A stretch of DNA of 64,000 bases from Nageia nagi (Eukaryota > Plantae > Pinophyta). The position numbers and the translations under genes are program-made. The notes beneath the pieces were generated by a model. It was given only the letters and a program-made list of their open reading frames with translations, searched no databases and had not been told where the DNA came from. Below, in pieces: positions 40,966 to 53,594 of the stretch (position 1 is its first letter; the number at the start of each line of letters is the position of its first letter). The stretch is from the NCBI GenBank assembly GCA_050084985.1, contig JBITNC010000001.1:3410001-3474000 (forward strand). The letters are read 5' to 3'.

Positions 40966-43900
40966 TGTTGGGATGCTTTTCTTTCCCATGGCAACCCTCT
41001 GAAGATCGCGTGTAGGACTTACGAGGCCCCCAACAACATAGTTGGGAATGCGTTACCAATTCCCCCATTTGAAAAGGACTGGGTACCTCCAAGGCTCTTG
41101 TTGAAACACCTACTCAACGACTCAATGTTTTGTCATTGTAGGTATGCCTGCCAAGTGAGATCTCGTGCTTGGGCAAGTGTTTCTAGTCTAGGGATAGATG
41201 AAAGAAAGTGCAGTATCCCTCTTTGGAATCAGCCTCAATGGAATGGAATAAGAGGTAGCAGCCTGTTAACCAACGTTGTTTTATTCGATGTATAGAGTTT
41301 ATTCAAAATATCTGTGTGAACTTAACGATTGTATTTGGTTTTGAAAGCATAAATAAAATACTGTAAAGTGAGAGACTACACTTTGTGAAACAGAAACGGA
41401 TACTTTGTCATATACCAAATGAGTCACCACGATGAAGCATTGTCTAAAAAGTTCATCCTTTTCGGATCAGTTTAGGGATTTCATCCAATTCATCCAGCTT
41501 TGCGAACAAGCAACTATGTTCGAGTTATTTCAAAGAGGAGCGGGGAGGAAGGTGGATTGCGAGCAATCAAATGGACGTGGTCGACGAACGTGGGAAGAAC
41601 AAGAGTTTGGATGTAAACCTCTAGTTTGATGTCATAAAATAGGAAAAAGATTCAAAATACCTCATCTAGTGCATGCTATGAACCAAGTGATTATCAAAGA
41701 CTGATTTCCAACACTTTAAAGAATAAAGCAATGATACATTCCCTAAAACTCTCGAGTTTTCAAAGGAAGGATGCAAAAGTGTCAAATGAGCAATAATAAT
41801 CCTTAAGAAACAATGCACAACACCACAAATGGATAAACAAGCTCGATCTTTGTCTAAACCACTTTGTATTAACTTATAAAAGAGTTGTGCAAGGATACAT
41901 CAATTTCCTCCTCTTTTACAAAAGTTTCACTTTTTTCACAAAATGAACTCTGGTGAAAATGAGACCCCATGCCACTTATTTATAGCAAAATTAGGTCAAA
42001 TTCTCAAGTGTTGCGTTAATTTCTAGAAAAACACTAAAATGCTAATTTGAATGCTAAATTGAGATTACAATATCGTTTAAGTGGAACAACAGTCTCATCC
42101 CACTCAAATATGCTTGAAATAAAATATTTACAAAAATTGATGTCCTCCAGCACAAATTTCGAGGCGTTTTGAATCAATTTGGCAAAATTTGGAGCTTCAA
42201 ATCATCATTTTAGATTTGTTCATAAGTCTTTTAAGCTTCTTTCTTCAGTTTGGATTTGCCCTTGATGTGATTGTTTTGGCAAATTTTGAAGGAATTCTGA
42301 TAAATCTTTATGAAAAAGTGAATTTCTGGTCTAATTTTCAGAAAAGATGGGGGGTGGTCCAAAATTTGAAAAGTTTTTAAAAAGTGGATTTGACCTTGTG
42401 GATGGATAACATATGGGATTTTAAGGTTCTTGGGAAGTTTTGAGAGGATTTGGAGCCTTTTTGCATTGGATTTGAGGTTTTTTCATGAGGGTCATTTTGG
42501 AGGCTCCATAAAGTATTTTTGCATTTTTAGAGTTTTCTGCTCATTCACAATGTTGAGAAGAAAGGCCAAAGGTGGGAAAACTTGGAAAATGAACGCCTAG
42601 GCATTTTGAGCATGATTTTCCTCTTTTTTCAAAAATTTTAAAGGCCAAAGTGCTTGAAACCTTATTCCACACATGATCTCCAAATTTCATTTTTTTTTTT
42701 TAAAAGTGAAGATTTTTTCAGCCTTTAGATCTTGGATCTTGAGAATTTTTTGTATTTTTCTTCACTTTTTTGGATCATAATCACTTCTCTTCATAGTGGA
42801 AATGGGTACCCAAATTAATCATCAAAATTGATTTCTAAAATTTTGTATCTTGAGTCACAATTTTGAAGATTTGAAGTTTTTTTTTTTTCTCCATTTTGGG
42901 AGGGCAAATCCATGATTTGAGGAGTTTTTCTTGTCCAAATCATGCACTTGGAAGACCAAACTAGTGTAGAATTAAATTTTGCACCCCATGAAGTTCACAA
43001 ATTCCACTTTTGACAACTTTTAAGCCTCCTTGATGCTAGGCGCAGGTTTTAGGAGTTTAGGCAAGTTTTTTGGAAAATTTGAAAAATGAGGGAAACAAGT
43101 CAAAATTGCCACCTAGCTTTTTGAGGGGGTAAACTTGATTTTTTTGCAACATTGCAAGAGGCAATGTTGATCTCCTTAGAATTTGACACCCTACCTTTCT
43201 TTCCAATTTTGATTTTGAGAATTTTTAAAAAAGCTTGGAAAATTTTAGAGCTCTTCCATTGGCTGATCCAAATTTTGGGATTTTGAGGAGTAGATCAACT
43301 TTTTTTCCAAAAACTTAAAACATAAATGAGATGCAAAATTGGATTTCCCATGCACCTAGGACCAATTTTTTCGATTTTTGAGCAAAAATAGGCCCTTGCA
43401 AGATAGGCGCAGGTTTTAGGAGAATTAGGCAAGTTTGAAAAAATGGGAAAATGAGGGAAAACTCTTAAAACTCCCCCCTAACTTTTTGGGAGGCAAAACT
43501 TGATTTTTTTGCAACATTGCGAAGGCAATGTTGGTCTCCTTTGAATTTTGCACCCTACCTCACTCTCCTTTTTTGATTTGGCCAATTTTGAAAAATTGAG
43601 AAAATTTTGGAGCTCTCTCATTGGCCAATCGAATTTTGATGAGTTGAGGAAGTAGATCTCATTTTTTTGGAAAACTCAAATCGTCAAACTTGTGTGATAT
43701 CCTATCCTATACTCCATGAAGATAAAAAATTTCACTTTTTGCAATTTTGGGGCACAAGAAGGGTAGGCACAGGTTTTAGGGTGTTTAGGCCATTTTTGAA
43801 ATTTAACAAAACATGGGAAACATGCCAAAACCAGCGCCTAGCTTTTTGAGGGGTATTTTTTTTATTTTTTTCAAAATTCGAAGAGGAAAAATGCCTAAAA

Positions 43901-45202
43901 TTGGGTTTGGCAGCCTACCTCATCCTTGATTTTCATTTATGCATTTTTGAAATTTTGGAAAAAATGGAGCATTCCCATTGGCTGTCCTTTTGCTCATTTT
44001 CCGTTTTGCTCACTTTTGTTGAAGCAAAACTCGTCGAAATCGTGAACTTGAAAGACCAATTTGATGTAGAATCGCGATCCCCATGCTCCTGAGCTCAAAA
44101 ATTGCCATTTCGGATCAATCTGGCCCTCCAAAAGGTGGGTGCAAGTTTTGAAGAGAATAATAGGCCATTTTTCGAAATTTGACTGAGGGAAAACTTGCAA
44201 AACACTCCCTAACTTTTCGAGGATCAAAACTCGAGCTTTTTCAAAATTTCCAAGAGTAGAGTGGCCTTAATTTGTCATTTGGCACCACACCTCTCTCAAA
44301 TTTTCATTTCAAGCACTTTGAAAAAAACTCACTTTTCGGGCTCAACTCGAAGCTTCTCGGATGCCAAAACGCTCATTTTCTGATTTTACCCCTCAAGGGT
44401 GCTCAAACTTGCTTTCCTCATTCATCCCGGGCTATATTGCACATTCCCGACCTTTCCCGTCCTTTATGGGCTCAAACAGTGTATTTTTGGCCATTTCCAG
44501 GCTCTAAGTATGAATTTCGACCATTTCCATTTTTTCCAGACACTTCCGAGCTTTAATGGTGAGAAAACGATCATTTCTGGTATTTTTGAGCATTTTGAGC
44601 TCAATCTTGCAATTTGGTAAGTTCCGAACTTTCCAGGCTCAAATCATGCAAAAACGCACATTTCTACTACATTGACCATTTCTAGGTTCAAAATTGACCA
44701 AAACACGCTTTTCCGTGCTACCAACCATTTTCTGGCTCTCTGAGCTCAAAATTGACACAAACACGCTTTTGGCTGTAGATGCCCTTTCCGGGCTCAATTT
44801 GTACAAAAACATGCATTTTTGTTATCTTTACTGTATCCACTGCTCCCAAGCTCAAACTTGATGAAAAACGCACCTTTGGTTATCTTGGCACCTCTGTTGC
44901 TCAATCTTGCCAAGACAGTCCCATCCTTGTTGACCCCATCTTAGAGCCAAGAAATTTGTGCTTTGTTAATAACTCTCAGATCCTGGTTCCTTGCCTGCAA
45001 AACTGGTGGCTACATACTCTGATACTCTTCAGGGTCTTTATCGCATGATCTCCTTAAACTGCTCCCTGGTATCATGTTTTCAATCTTCAGACTGAACTAT
45101 CCATCGCCCAAAAGCCACTCTCGAGGCAATGCACATTATTGCCTTTGCAAAAATAGGGTCCCCAAAATGCTCCATCTTGGGGTGTGTTGTGCAGGCACAA
45201 CA
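40966..45202. mobile_element. 4.2-kb solo LTR (Ogre/Tat-like) inserted in the Copia integrase
   Basis: TGTTG...CAACA termini flanked by gtc on both sides. Removal restores the integrase frame HKTPYE. Non-coding. Confidence 0.75.
43037..44300 (+). repeat. ~365-bp diverged tandem repeat (~4 units) within the large LTR
   Basis: taggcgcaggttttaggag..taggc and ccattggct recur at ~43037, 43404, 43763 and 44137. Confidence 0.75.
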
Positions 45203-45375
45203 GTCTTATGCTTGTCAAGAGCAAGAGATGGGCATTTGTTTTTCACATATACTGCACAATGAAATGCATCACCCAAAACATCAATTTCACATTCATGAAA
45301 AACAATGTACAGACTATTCAAAAGTGTTTTGTTCATCCTTTCTACTACACCATTCTGTCGTGGGTTGTAAGGAAC

Positions 45376-48300
45376 TGATATGAAATTTGGATCTCTACAG
45401 TGTTCTGGAATTTCATGTTCAGTGTGTTCGGAGTTTCCGATTTGTCGCCAACTTTCTAGTGCTTCTTCGAGATCACAATTTCGTCTCCGTATGGAGAAGT
45501 TATGTGATTTTTACAATTTGGATATATTTGGTTTGTTTGAAATTTAAGAAGGCAAAAAATATATATATTATAAAGTGTTAAAAAATTATGTTGAGTGGCC
45601 TAAATAATGAGGGACCTGCCCAACCACCGACATGATAGGGTGCCACGGTGTAAAAGGGATTTGATGTGGATGCTCAACTGAAATCACCACGCGGCAAGTA
45701 GGAAAATGGAGCCCGTGGTTAAGTGGAGGGCGGAGTGTTTAGAGCCGACTTTTGTTGACCGCCATTAACAGCCAAAAACCGCCGACCATGTGAACATTTG
45801 GTAGTCGTGCCTGCCAATGACCGTGGCCTTTTTGTTAGATTGCCTGACAGCCACCCATTGCATTATGACCGCCATCCATAGCCGCCAGATGTTAGCTGCC
45901 CATCGCTGGTCAAAGGAGGTTGACCGCATCCTTTTGGGCCCCTAACATAGCGCCAAGTGGCGCCTTTTCATTGCATCTGCCCCTGTTAAGTGGAGTTTTG
46001 ATTTTTTGCATGGAAATTGATATTTCTAAGGGTCAATTTTATTTTTTATTGGCTAAAGCCCCTATTATCAGGTTAAGTAATATTGTGCAAGCCTGTAACA
46101 CTCCAGAGAGCGTTATTTTTCCTATTCGAGAGCCTATTTTGGAAGATTTTGTAAACCTCTTGAGTCCAAATTGCATAAGAGGACAAGGGAGCCAAATGGG
46201 TATCCAAATATGGTCTTTGTTTGTTATTATCCTTATTGTAACACATCCAAATTTGATTCCAAAAATTTGTATAAAAGGAAGCAAATTGGACATGCCTAAA
46301 AAGGAAAGTTTTGGAGTCTTTGTTCAATTTTGGAGGTGTTTTTTAGAGCTGAAGTTTGTGTGTGAATGCGAGAAAAGGCTGGAGGATTGTGGAGGTCCTT
46401 TTGTAAGAGAATTCCACCCACTTTGAAGAGAGAGCTAAGATTGCTGGAGTCATAGTTAGAAAAATCAGAATCGGATCAAAATTGTTTGGTTGTAGGATTC
46501 TGATTTTTTGAAAAATTGGCAAAAAAATTGGATAAAATCAGCAAAGAAATTGACATGAGAAAAAATGAAGGAATTTCTTCAGTTTTAGCTAAATTTCAAA
46601 AAATCAGATTAAATCGGCCAAAAAATTGGATAAAATCAGATAGAATTGGCAAAAAATCATTGATCGATTCAATGCCGATTTTTTTTTGAAAAAATCGAAA
46701 TCGGAATCGGAAAAAAATCAGATAAACACTTATTTAAAAAAAATCGGATCCGATTCGAATCGGATTGTTTGCTTGGCCGCTTCCGATTTTATCCGATTTC
46801 GATTCGATTTTTACGACTATGGCTGGAGTAGCCTACACTGGGTGAATCAGGGTAAATTTGTTTGTCTTTTGTGTGCTTGGACTTCTGTTTCTTCTTTGCT
46901 TTTGCATTAATTCTCTCTAATTTTCCTTACAAGCACTTGAAATTATTTAAGTGTGGAATGGTCCTAGTTGAAAGTTAAAGTTAAAATTTAATTCTTAAAG
47001 TTTATGAATCATGATAGGTATCAGAGCAAGAGATTGAATTGGGATTAACTTGTATTTTGTGAGTTTTGTTGTTGGATGTTTGGAAATTGTTTTGCATGAA
47101 TACTAGGTTGCAAAGTAAGAAAAGAGGAGAGAAAATTGAAGAAGGAGATCCTGAGATTGGTTTTAGGATTTGCCTAAGGAAACAAAGGAAGATTGCCATG
47201 GCCAATGAAGGAGGATCCAATGTGGAAAAGCAACTTGCTAATCTCACTTCAATGTTCCAAAAGATGTCACTCCAATTTCAATACTTTCAAGAACAACAAA
47301 ACAAGAAAAATGAAAGTGATTCTAGTGAAGGTAAAAATTGAGTAATAAAAATGCAAATAGCTATTTTCAAAGTTCTCCTTTGAAGCTTGAAGTAAAGTTT
47401 GATTTGCCTACTTTTGATGGAGAAGTGAATGCTGAAAAATTAGATCATTGGATTAAGCAAATTGAAGTGTATTGTAGAATACAAAAGATTGTTAAAGATG
47501 AGGATAAAATCCAATTAGATACCATTAAGATGAGTGGGAATGCACTTATTTGGTGGGAAAATTGTATGGAAAGTAAGGATGAATCACTTAATGATTGTAT
47601 TGCTTCTTGGAGTCATTTTGTACAATTGCTTAGAGATCAATTTTATCCATTGAGCTACCGTCAAAAATTAGTAATGGAATGGCAAAGTTTCCGTCAAGGC
47701 AAAGGGCAAAGTGTGCAAGAATACACAACCGAGTTTCGAAAAAGGGCTACTATGCTAGGTATTTCTCTTAATTCCCAAGACACTCTTCTAAAGCATATTG
47801 GTGGTTTGAACAACTATTTGAAACATACTTTGTTGATGTTTGATCCAACTGATTTGGATAAAGTTAGTGTACAAGCCACACACTTAGAAGAAAGAGACAA
47901 ATGTATGAAAGAAAGTAAAAAGGAAAATGCTTTTAATCCTAATAATTCTGAAAAGAATAAGAGAAAAGAGAAAACCACATCTACTACACAAAAAGAGAAG
48001 TCTAAAGATGTATGTACTCATTGTAAGAGAGAAGGTCATTTAGAGGCTAAATGTTGGAAATTGCATCTTGAATTACACCCTAAATTTAAAGACCAAAAGA
48101 AACAAGCAAATACTATTGCAAAAGAAGTAGAAGATGGTTTTGATGTAGATGAGAAAATGGCATGTATGGTTTTGCATAGTTCATTTAATGAAGATAAGGA
48201 AAAGAAGAAAGTTGAGCTTTTTCACATCAAAGTACAAGCTAAGAAAACAAGGATTGATACACTGTTTGATCCTGGTTGACAAGTTAATTTGATTGCAAAG

Positions 48301-50984
48301 GAATATGTAAGATCACTTGCACTAACTACTCAACCACATCCACACCCCTATCCATTAGGATGGGTTCATAACAAATCTAAGATGGAGGTAACTAGACAAT
48401 GCAAATTGAAATTTGGAATTAATAGGGATTACATTGATGAGGTTTTACTTGATGTTGTTCCTTTGGATATTTGTGGGATTGTGCTTGGAAGTCCTTATCT
48501 ATGGGATAGAAATGCTTTGTTTTATAGAAAGGAAAATAAATATAGACTCATTAAGAATGGAATTGAATATATGGTTAGTTCTCATCAAAACAAGGAAAAA
48601 AATATTTCTTTGATTACTGCAGGACAAGCAAAGAGACTTATTAATACAAAAAAAATGCTTGCACTTGCAATGGTGAGTTCTCAAAATGAAGTGGAAATCA
48701 TTAAGGCATTTGATAAATGTGAACCTCAATACAAAGACGAAGTTAAAGAGGTAATTTCTGAGATTGATGATTTATTTCAAATTCCTGAAGAACTTCCACC
48801 TAAAAGAGATAGACAACATGAGATTCAATTACATCTTAATGTTGCACTTCCTAATATTGGTTTGTATAGACATTCTTTTATGGGAAATGAAGAAATTAAG
48901 AAACAAGATAAGGAATTGCTAGATCAATTTGGAGTCATTAGACCAAGCACATCACCATGTGGTTCTCCTATTGTTATAATTCCAATGAAAAATGGAAATA
49001 TTGTTGTTCATATGCATGATGGATTACTTTTTCATTTGGGCAAGCTTTGTATTCCTAAAGGTGAGGAATAATCTTATTAGAGAAGCTCACACTTCTTGAA
49101 TTTTAGTACATTGTGGTCTTCCTACTTCTATCATTTCTGATAAGAATTCCAAGTTTCTTGGTAAATTTTGGACTTCTTTTTGGGAAAGGGATGGACACTA
49201 AGTTAAAGAAGAGTTAAGCAAAGTACAAAAAGACGCATGATCGTCATAGAGTAGATCACAAATTTCAAGTTGGGGATAATTCATCTTAGCAAGGAAAAAC
49301 AACATGGTAAGAGGAAAAAGTGGAAACCGAAAAGGTATGGGCCTTTTACGATCATTGATCAAGTTGGTGATAATGCATTTCGGTTAGACATGGCTCCTTA
49401 TATGCAGACTTATTACATTGTTAATGTGGAGAATCTAAAGTTGAATGAACCAGCCTTGGTTACAAAAGATATAGGTATCATGTTGTCGTCAGTTGAGGAC
49501 TTAGCCTCGAAGTACATGAGTGTATTAGTTGAGGATGCAGTATTGGAAAAAAAGAAGAGATCATTTCACAGTGGTGACCATGAGATGTTGCATATTGGTT
49601 TAAAGGGCCAACATCCACACAAGGCCAAGTGGTATGCAGTTGATCGAGTGAGGGAGCTCTACCCTCACTTCATTCCACCATCCTAAATGCTTTAGGGGTC
49701 AAAAGCTCTCTCAATGTGAAGAAATGATCCAAAATTTGGATCTCTACAGTGTTCTAGAATTTCATGTTCAATGTGTTTAGAGTTTCCGGTTCATCGCCAA
49801 CTTTATGACGCTTCTTCCGGATCGTGATTTCTTCGCCGTATGGAGAAGTTATGTGATTTTTACTATTTGGATGTATTTGGTGTGTGTTTGAAATTTAAAA
49901 AGGCAAAAAAAAAAAATTATGAAGTGTTAAAAAATTATGTTGAGTGGCCTAAGTAACGAAGGACCCGCCCGACCACTGACATGACAGTGTGCCACAGTGT
50001 AAAAGGGAGTTGATGTGGATGCCTAATTGAAATCACCATGCAACGAGGAGGAATGTGGAGCTCTCAGTTAGGTGGAGGGCGGAGTGTTTAGAGCCAACTT
50101 TTGTTAACCGCCACTGACAACCAAAAGCTGCCCACCGTGTGACCATTTGGTAGCCGCGCCTACCAATGACCACGGCCTTTTTGTTAAACCGCTTGACAGC
50201 TGCTCATTGCATTGTGACCGCCATCCATAGCCACTAGATGTTAGCTGCTCACTGCCGGTCAAAGGAGGTTGACCGCACCCTTTTGGGCCCCTGACATAGC
50301 ACCAAGTGGCGCCTTTTCATTGCATTTGCCCCTATTAAGTGGAGTTTTGATTTTTTGCATGGAAATTGACATTTCTAAGGGTCAATTTTATTTTTTACTG
50401 GCTAAATCCCCTATTATTGGGCTGAGTAATATTGTGCAAACCTGTAACACTCCAGAGAGCGTTATTTTTCCTATTCAAGAGCCTATTTTGGAAGATTTTG
50501 TAAACCTCTTGAGCCCAAATTGCATAAGAGGACAAAGGAGCCAAATGGGTATCCAAATATTGTCTTTGTTTGTTATCATTCTTATTGTAATACATCCAAA
50601 TTTGATTCCAAAAATTTGTATAAAAGGGACCAAATTGGACGTGCCTAAAAAGGAGAGTTTTGGAGAGTCTTTGTTCAATTTTGGAGGTGTTTTTCAGAGC
50701 TGAAGTTTGTGTGTGAATGTGAGAAGAGGCTGAAGGATTGTGGAGGTCCTTTTGTAAGAGAATTCCACCCATTTTGAAGAGAGAGCTACGATTGTTGGAG
50801 TAGCCCACACTAGGTGAACCAGGGTAAATTTACTTGTCCTTTGTGTACTTGGAGTTCAAATTCTTCTTTGGTTTTGCATTAATTCTCTTTAATTTTTCCT
50901 TACAAGCACTTGAAATTATTTAAGTGTGGAATGGTCCTAGCTAAGAGTTAAAGTTAAAATTTAATTCTTAAAGTTTATGGATCA
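45376..50984 (+). mobile_element. Internally deleted Ty3/Gypsy element
   Basis: LTRs 45376-47011 and 49725-50984. 4-bp TSD GAAC. PBS ggtatcagagc 47017-47027. Gag 47338-48279 with CTHCKREGHLEAKC, protease, RT start (IRPSTSPCGSP) joined directly to integrase pieces. Confidence 0.95.
46451..46821. mobile_element. hAT-family MITE in the 5' LTR
   Basis: 8-bp TSD GCTGGAGT (46443-46450, 46822-46829). TIRs catagttagaaaaatc / gatttttacgactatg. aatcgg/ccgatt subterminal repeats. Absent from the 3' LTR. Confidence 0.93.
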
Positions 50985-51867
50985 GAACACTAGTTTAATG
51001 TTTGATTCCATGTTGGCAAAGATAGGCTTTGAATTCATTTGAAGTATACTACCCCCCCAATTATCAAAACGAAATGTTCCAATATGAGTATTCACTTCTT
51101 TTTCTATGCTAACATGAAATTCTTTGAATTTTTGAAATGCACATGCACCATACTTATTCTTCAACAAGTACAATCAACACAACATGTTGCTCATTGATAA
51201 AACTTGTGGTATATTTGTTTCAGCAGCAGACGATACAAGGGGGGTCCACACAAATAAGAGTGGATGAGTTCAAGCTTTCTACATGCTCTCTAGATCTAAC
51301 CCTTCCTTGATTCTCATCTTCAAGTAACTTTGTTACAATATTCAACAAGGCTTCAATCTGCCTATCCTCCTCTGATCTTCTCTTCTCCATCCTCACAGGT
51401 AGGCAAGATCTTGGCTATGATACCATTTGTAATATTCCAAATTATAAAAATTTGGAATAACCACAAACTATATCAAGAAAATACAAAAAAAGCCAAAATG
51501 AGCACAAAGAAACCAAATCTGATATTATTATTGCACAAAAAGAAAAATACAAAGCTCAATATGCATCCAAGATGGCCCCTAGGGATGGACGAACTACCAC
51601 AAGCACAAGAAAAGGCCTTCAAGAGGCTTAACATCTAGCTAAAAAGCTAGATGTGAAGCTACACTCCACTCCAAGTGTGATGTTCCCAAATTTTCATTGT
51701 TCCAAATTATTAGCCAATCATGCAACGAATTAGGAAATGAAAAAGAAATAAGGAAATAATACCAAAAATACCTCAATGCACAAACAAAATATGAGATCAA
51801 ATGCCAATGCCTCAAATTATATTAATGATGGAGCAAATATAAGGCAATATGGCCTAATAGGGTTTTC

Positions 51868-53103
51868 TATGACGTCCCTTTTTGACCAATGATCAAATGT
51901 ATCATGGTCACTTTGTATTCTAGTGTTTGTTTAGGGGCAAGTTGTACTTGTGTAACTCAAGCAGAAGCTTATGGTTTGCGGACCCCACTAGAAGCCTAGT
52001 AATGGGACGTCTCTTCTTGAGTAGTGTTGTGTTAATTGTAATGGGTTATCCCGGATTGTGGGAATCCCTAGATAGGCATGAGTCTTGTATAGTCTAGAGT
52101 GCAGAAAGGAGCATACTAGCGTTGGGAGGGCCCCACATTCCCCACGTTGGCTTATGAGGCTACTTGGACCCCCACATTAGCTTAGGAGGCTCATTAGACC
52201 CCACGTCAGCCTTGAGGGCCTTTATGACCCCCACATTGACATACTAGGCCCGTGGGACCCCCACGTTAGCATACTAGGCCAATATGACCCCCACGTTGGC
52301 ATGGTTGACCTATTGACCCCAACATTGGATTAGACTTCACTTGGGATGATAACGAGGCATGATAGATGGCCACGAGAAACTATATATTGAGGATGGAGCT
52401 CCATGATGAGGTTAGCTATTGATTATACTTCTTCTATACTAAACTCGATTGGGCATTCAAGTCTTGGTGGCGTTGAGCATTATTCCTAGATGGGGTCTAG
52501 AGGAGTGGCCGGGTTGAGAGCCTGACATTCTATGGCTTAGATAGGACACCTAGCCCATCTGGTGGAATTCCAAGGACGAGCTTCTACTTTCAGTGGTTGC
52601 TAGTATTCGAGGAGACTCCTTCGCATGAGGGGATTTGGGTAGCTGGGGGAGTGAGTCTAATCTCATTTGTATGTTCGGCTTGTAAGGGTTTGGAACCCTA
52701 GATCTGATCTATTGAGATCCTCATTGTACTCCATCTCCATACCATAATAAACTACATATTGCGTCTCTCATCATTGTGTTGTCCATTGTATGTGTTGTGT
52801 ATCTTATATACTGGTGTTGGAAGCTTCGTTCTTGTGTTGTTCAATCAGTGTTGCATTCGTGGGTGTTCAAGCATTGCATATTCAATTGTGAGGCATTCGT
52901 TGAGGTGCCAAGTGTTGGATAGTGCCCTAAAGGGCTGATGTCAGGGTGTAGGGGTCACGTGGAAGCCTTAGGAGGCTCACGCTTGCATTGTAGTGGGTTT
53001 GGGTGCCCTAGGGGCCCAACGTGGGTGTGTTTGCATCATTGGTTGAGGGTTTGAATGTCCTAGTTGGAATTGTTTTTGCTAAGGGTGATGTTAGGTTATC
53101 ACA
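51868..53103 (+). mobile_element. Solo LTR (family related to the 34790 element)
   Basis: TSD TTTTC (51863-51867, 53104-53108). t(a)tgacgtccc...atcaCA. 30-bp ccccacgttggc array at 52130-52330. Confidence 0.88.
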
Positions 53104-53108
53104 TTTTC

Positions 53109-53594
53109 GTCCTTAGCCAAAGCCTAGTGAGGGCTACGTCCCACTATGCTCTTCTTCACGTTGGGTTTTAGTCTAACGAGAGGCCCAGGAGATGGTGTTG
53201 CCACTCCGAAGATAGATGTCAATAATGCTCAATATACCTCCCCAATGTTGCGCTAGCCAAATATATAGGAATCCCTCAAGGTTGGGCGTTCACACACCCC
53301 TAAAGGAGACGTCATGCTTGGGCATTCGGATTATGCCTTGGGATCACACCAAACCATGTGCTCAACTTCTAATCTTTCATTGTGCCTTGGGATCCATATT
53401 ATCACACTTAAATGCTCCCAATTTATCCTTAGGAGGGAGATGTCCCACTTTGGGGCTCACAATTGGTCCATGGGACCCTTTATGTATCCTATCCCAGGTT
53501 ACAATGATATCATAGTATAGGTACAACAAATAAATAAATACTTTGAACTACAAAAGTTTCCCTAAAAGGAAGGACTACAAGAAGGGGGCATCAT
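53109..53594 (-). mobile_element. Partial LTR of a related family, inverted
   Basis: Reverse complement of gccccaaagtgggacatctccctcctaagg and of a tatgatgccccctt start. Confidence 0.6.

Larger units (their letters stand above)
33028..51330 (-). mobile_element. Degenerate Ty1/Copia in the FPGS intron, split by three nested insertions
   Basis: PPT reverse complement ttcccccctt at 33028. RNase H and RT 33040-34560 (YVD, LKQAPCAWY). Integrase pieces at 40506-40965, 45203-45375 and 50985-51330 rejoin across the insertions (HKT|PYE; TSV|PYNP). Confidence 0.88.

Noticed and set aside
45920-46426. 168-aa ORF duplicated at 50269-50703
   Set aside because: Lies in LTRs, so the duplication is explained. 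The copies differ by a frameshift and show no domain motif.
52130-52330. CRISPR-like repeat-spacer array
   Set aside because: Lies inside a plant LTR. The core is only ~12 bp, the spacers are related to each other, and there are no cas genes.
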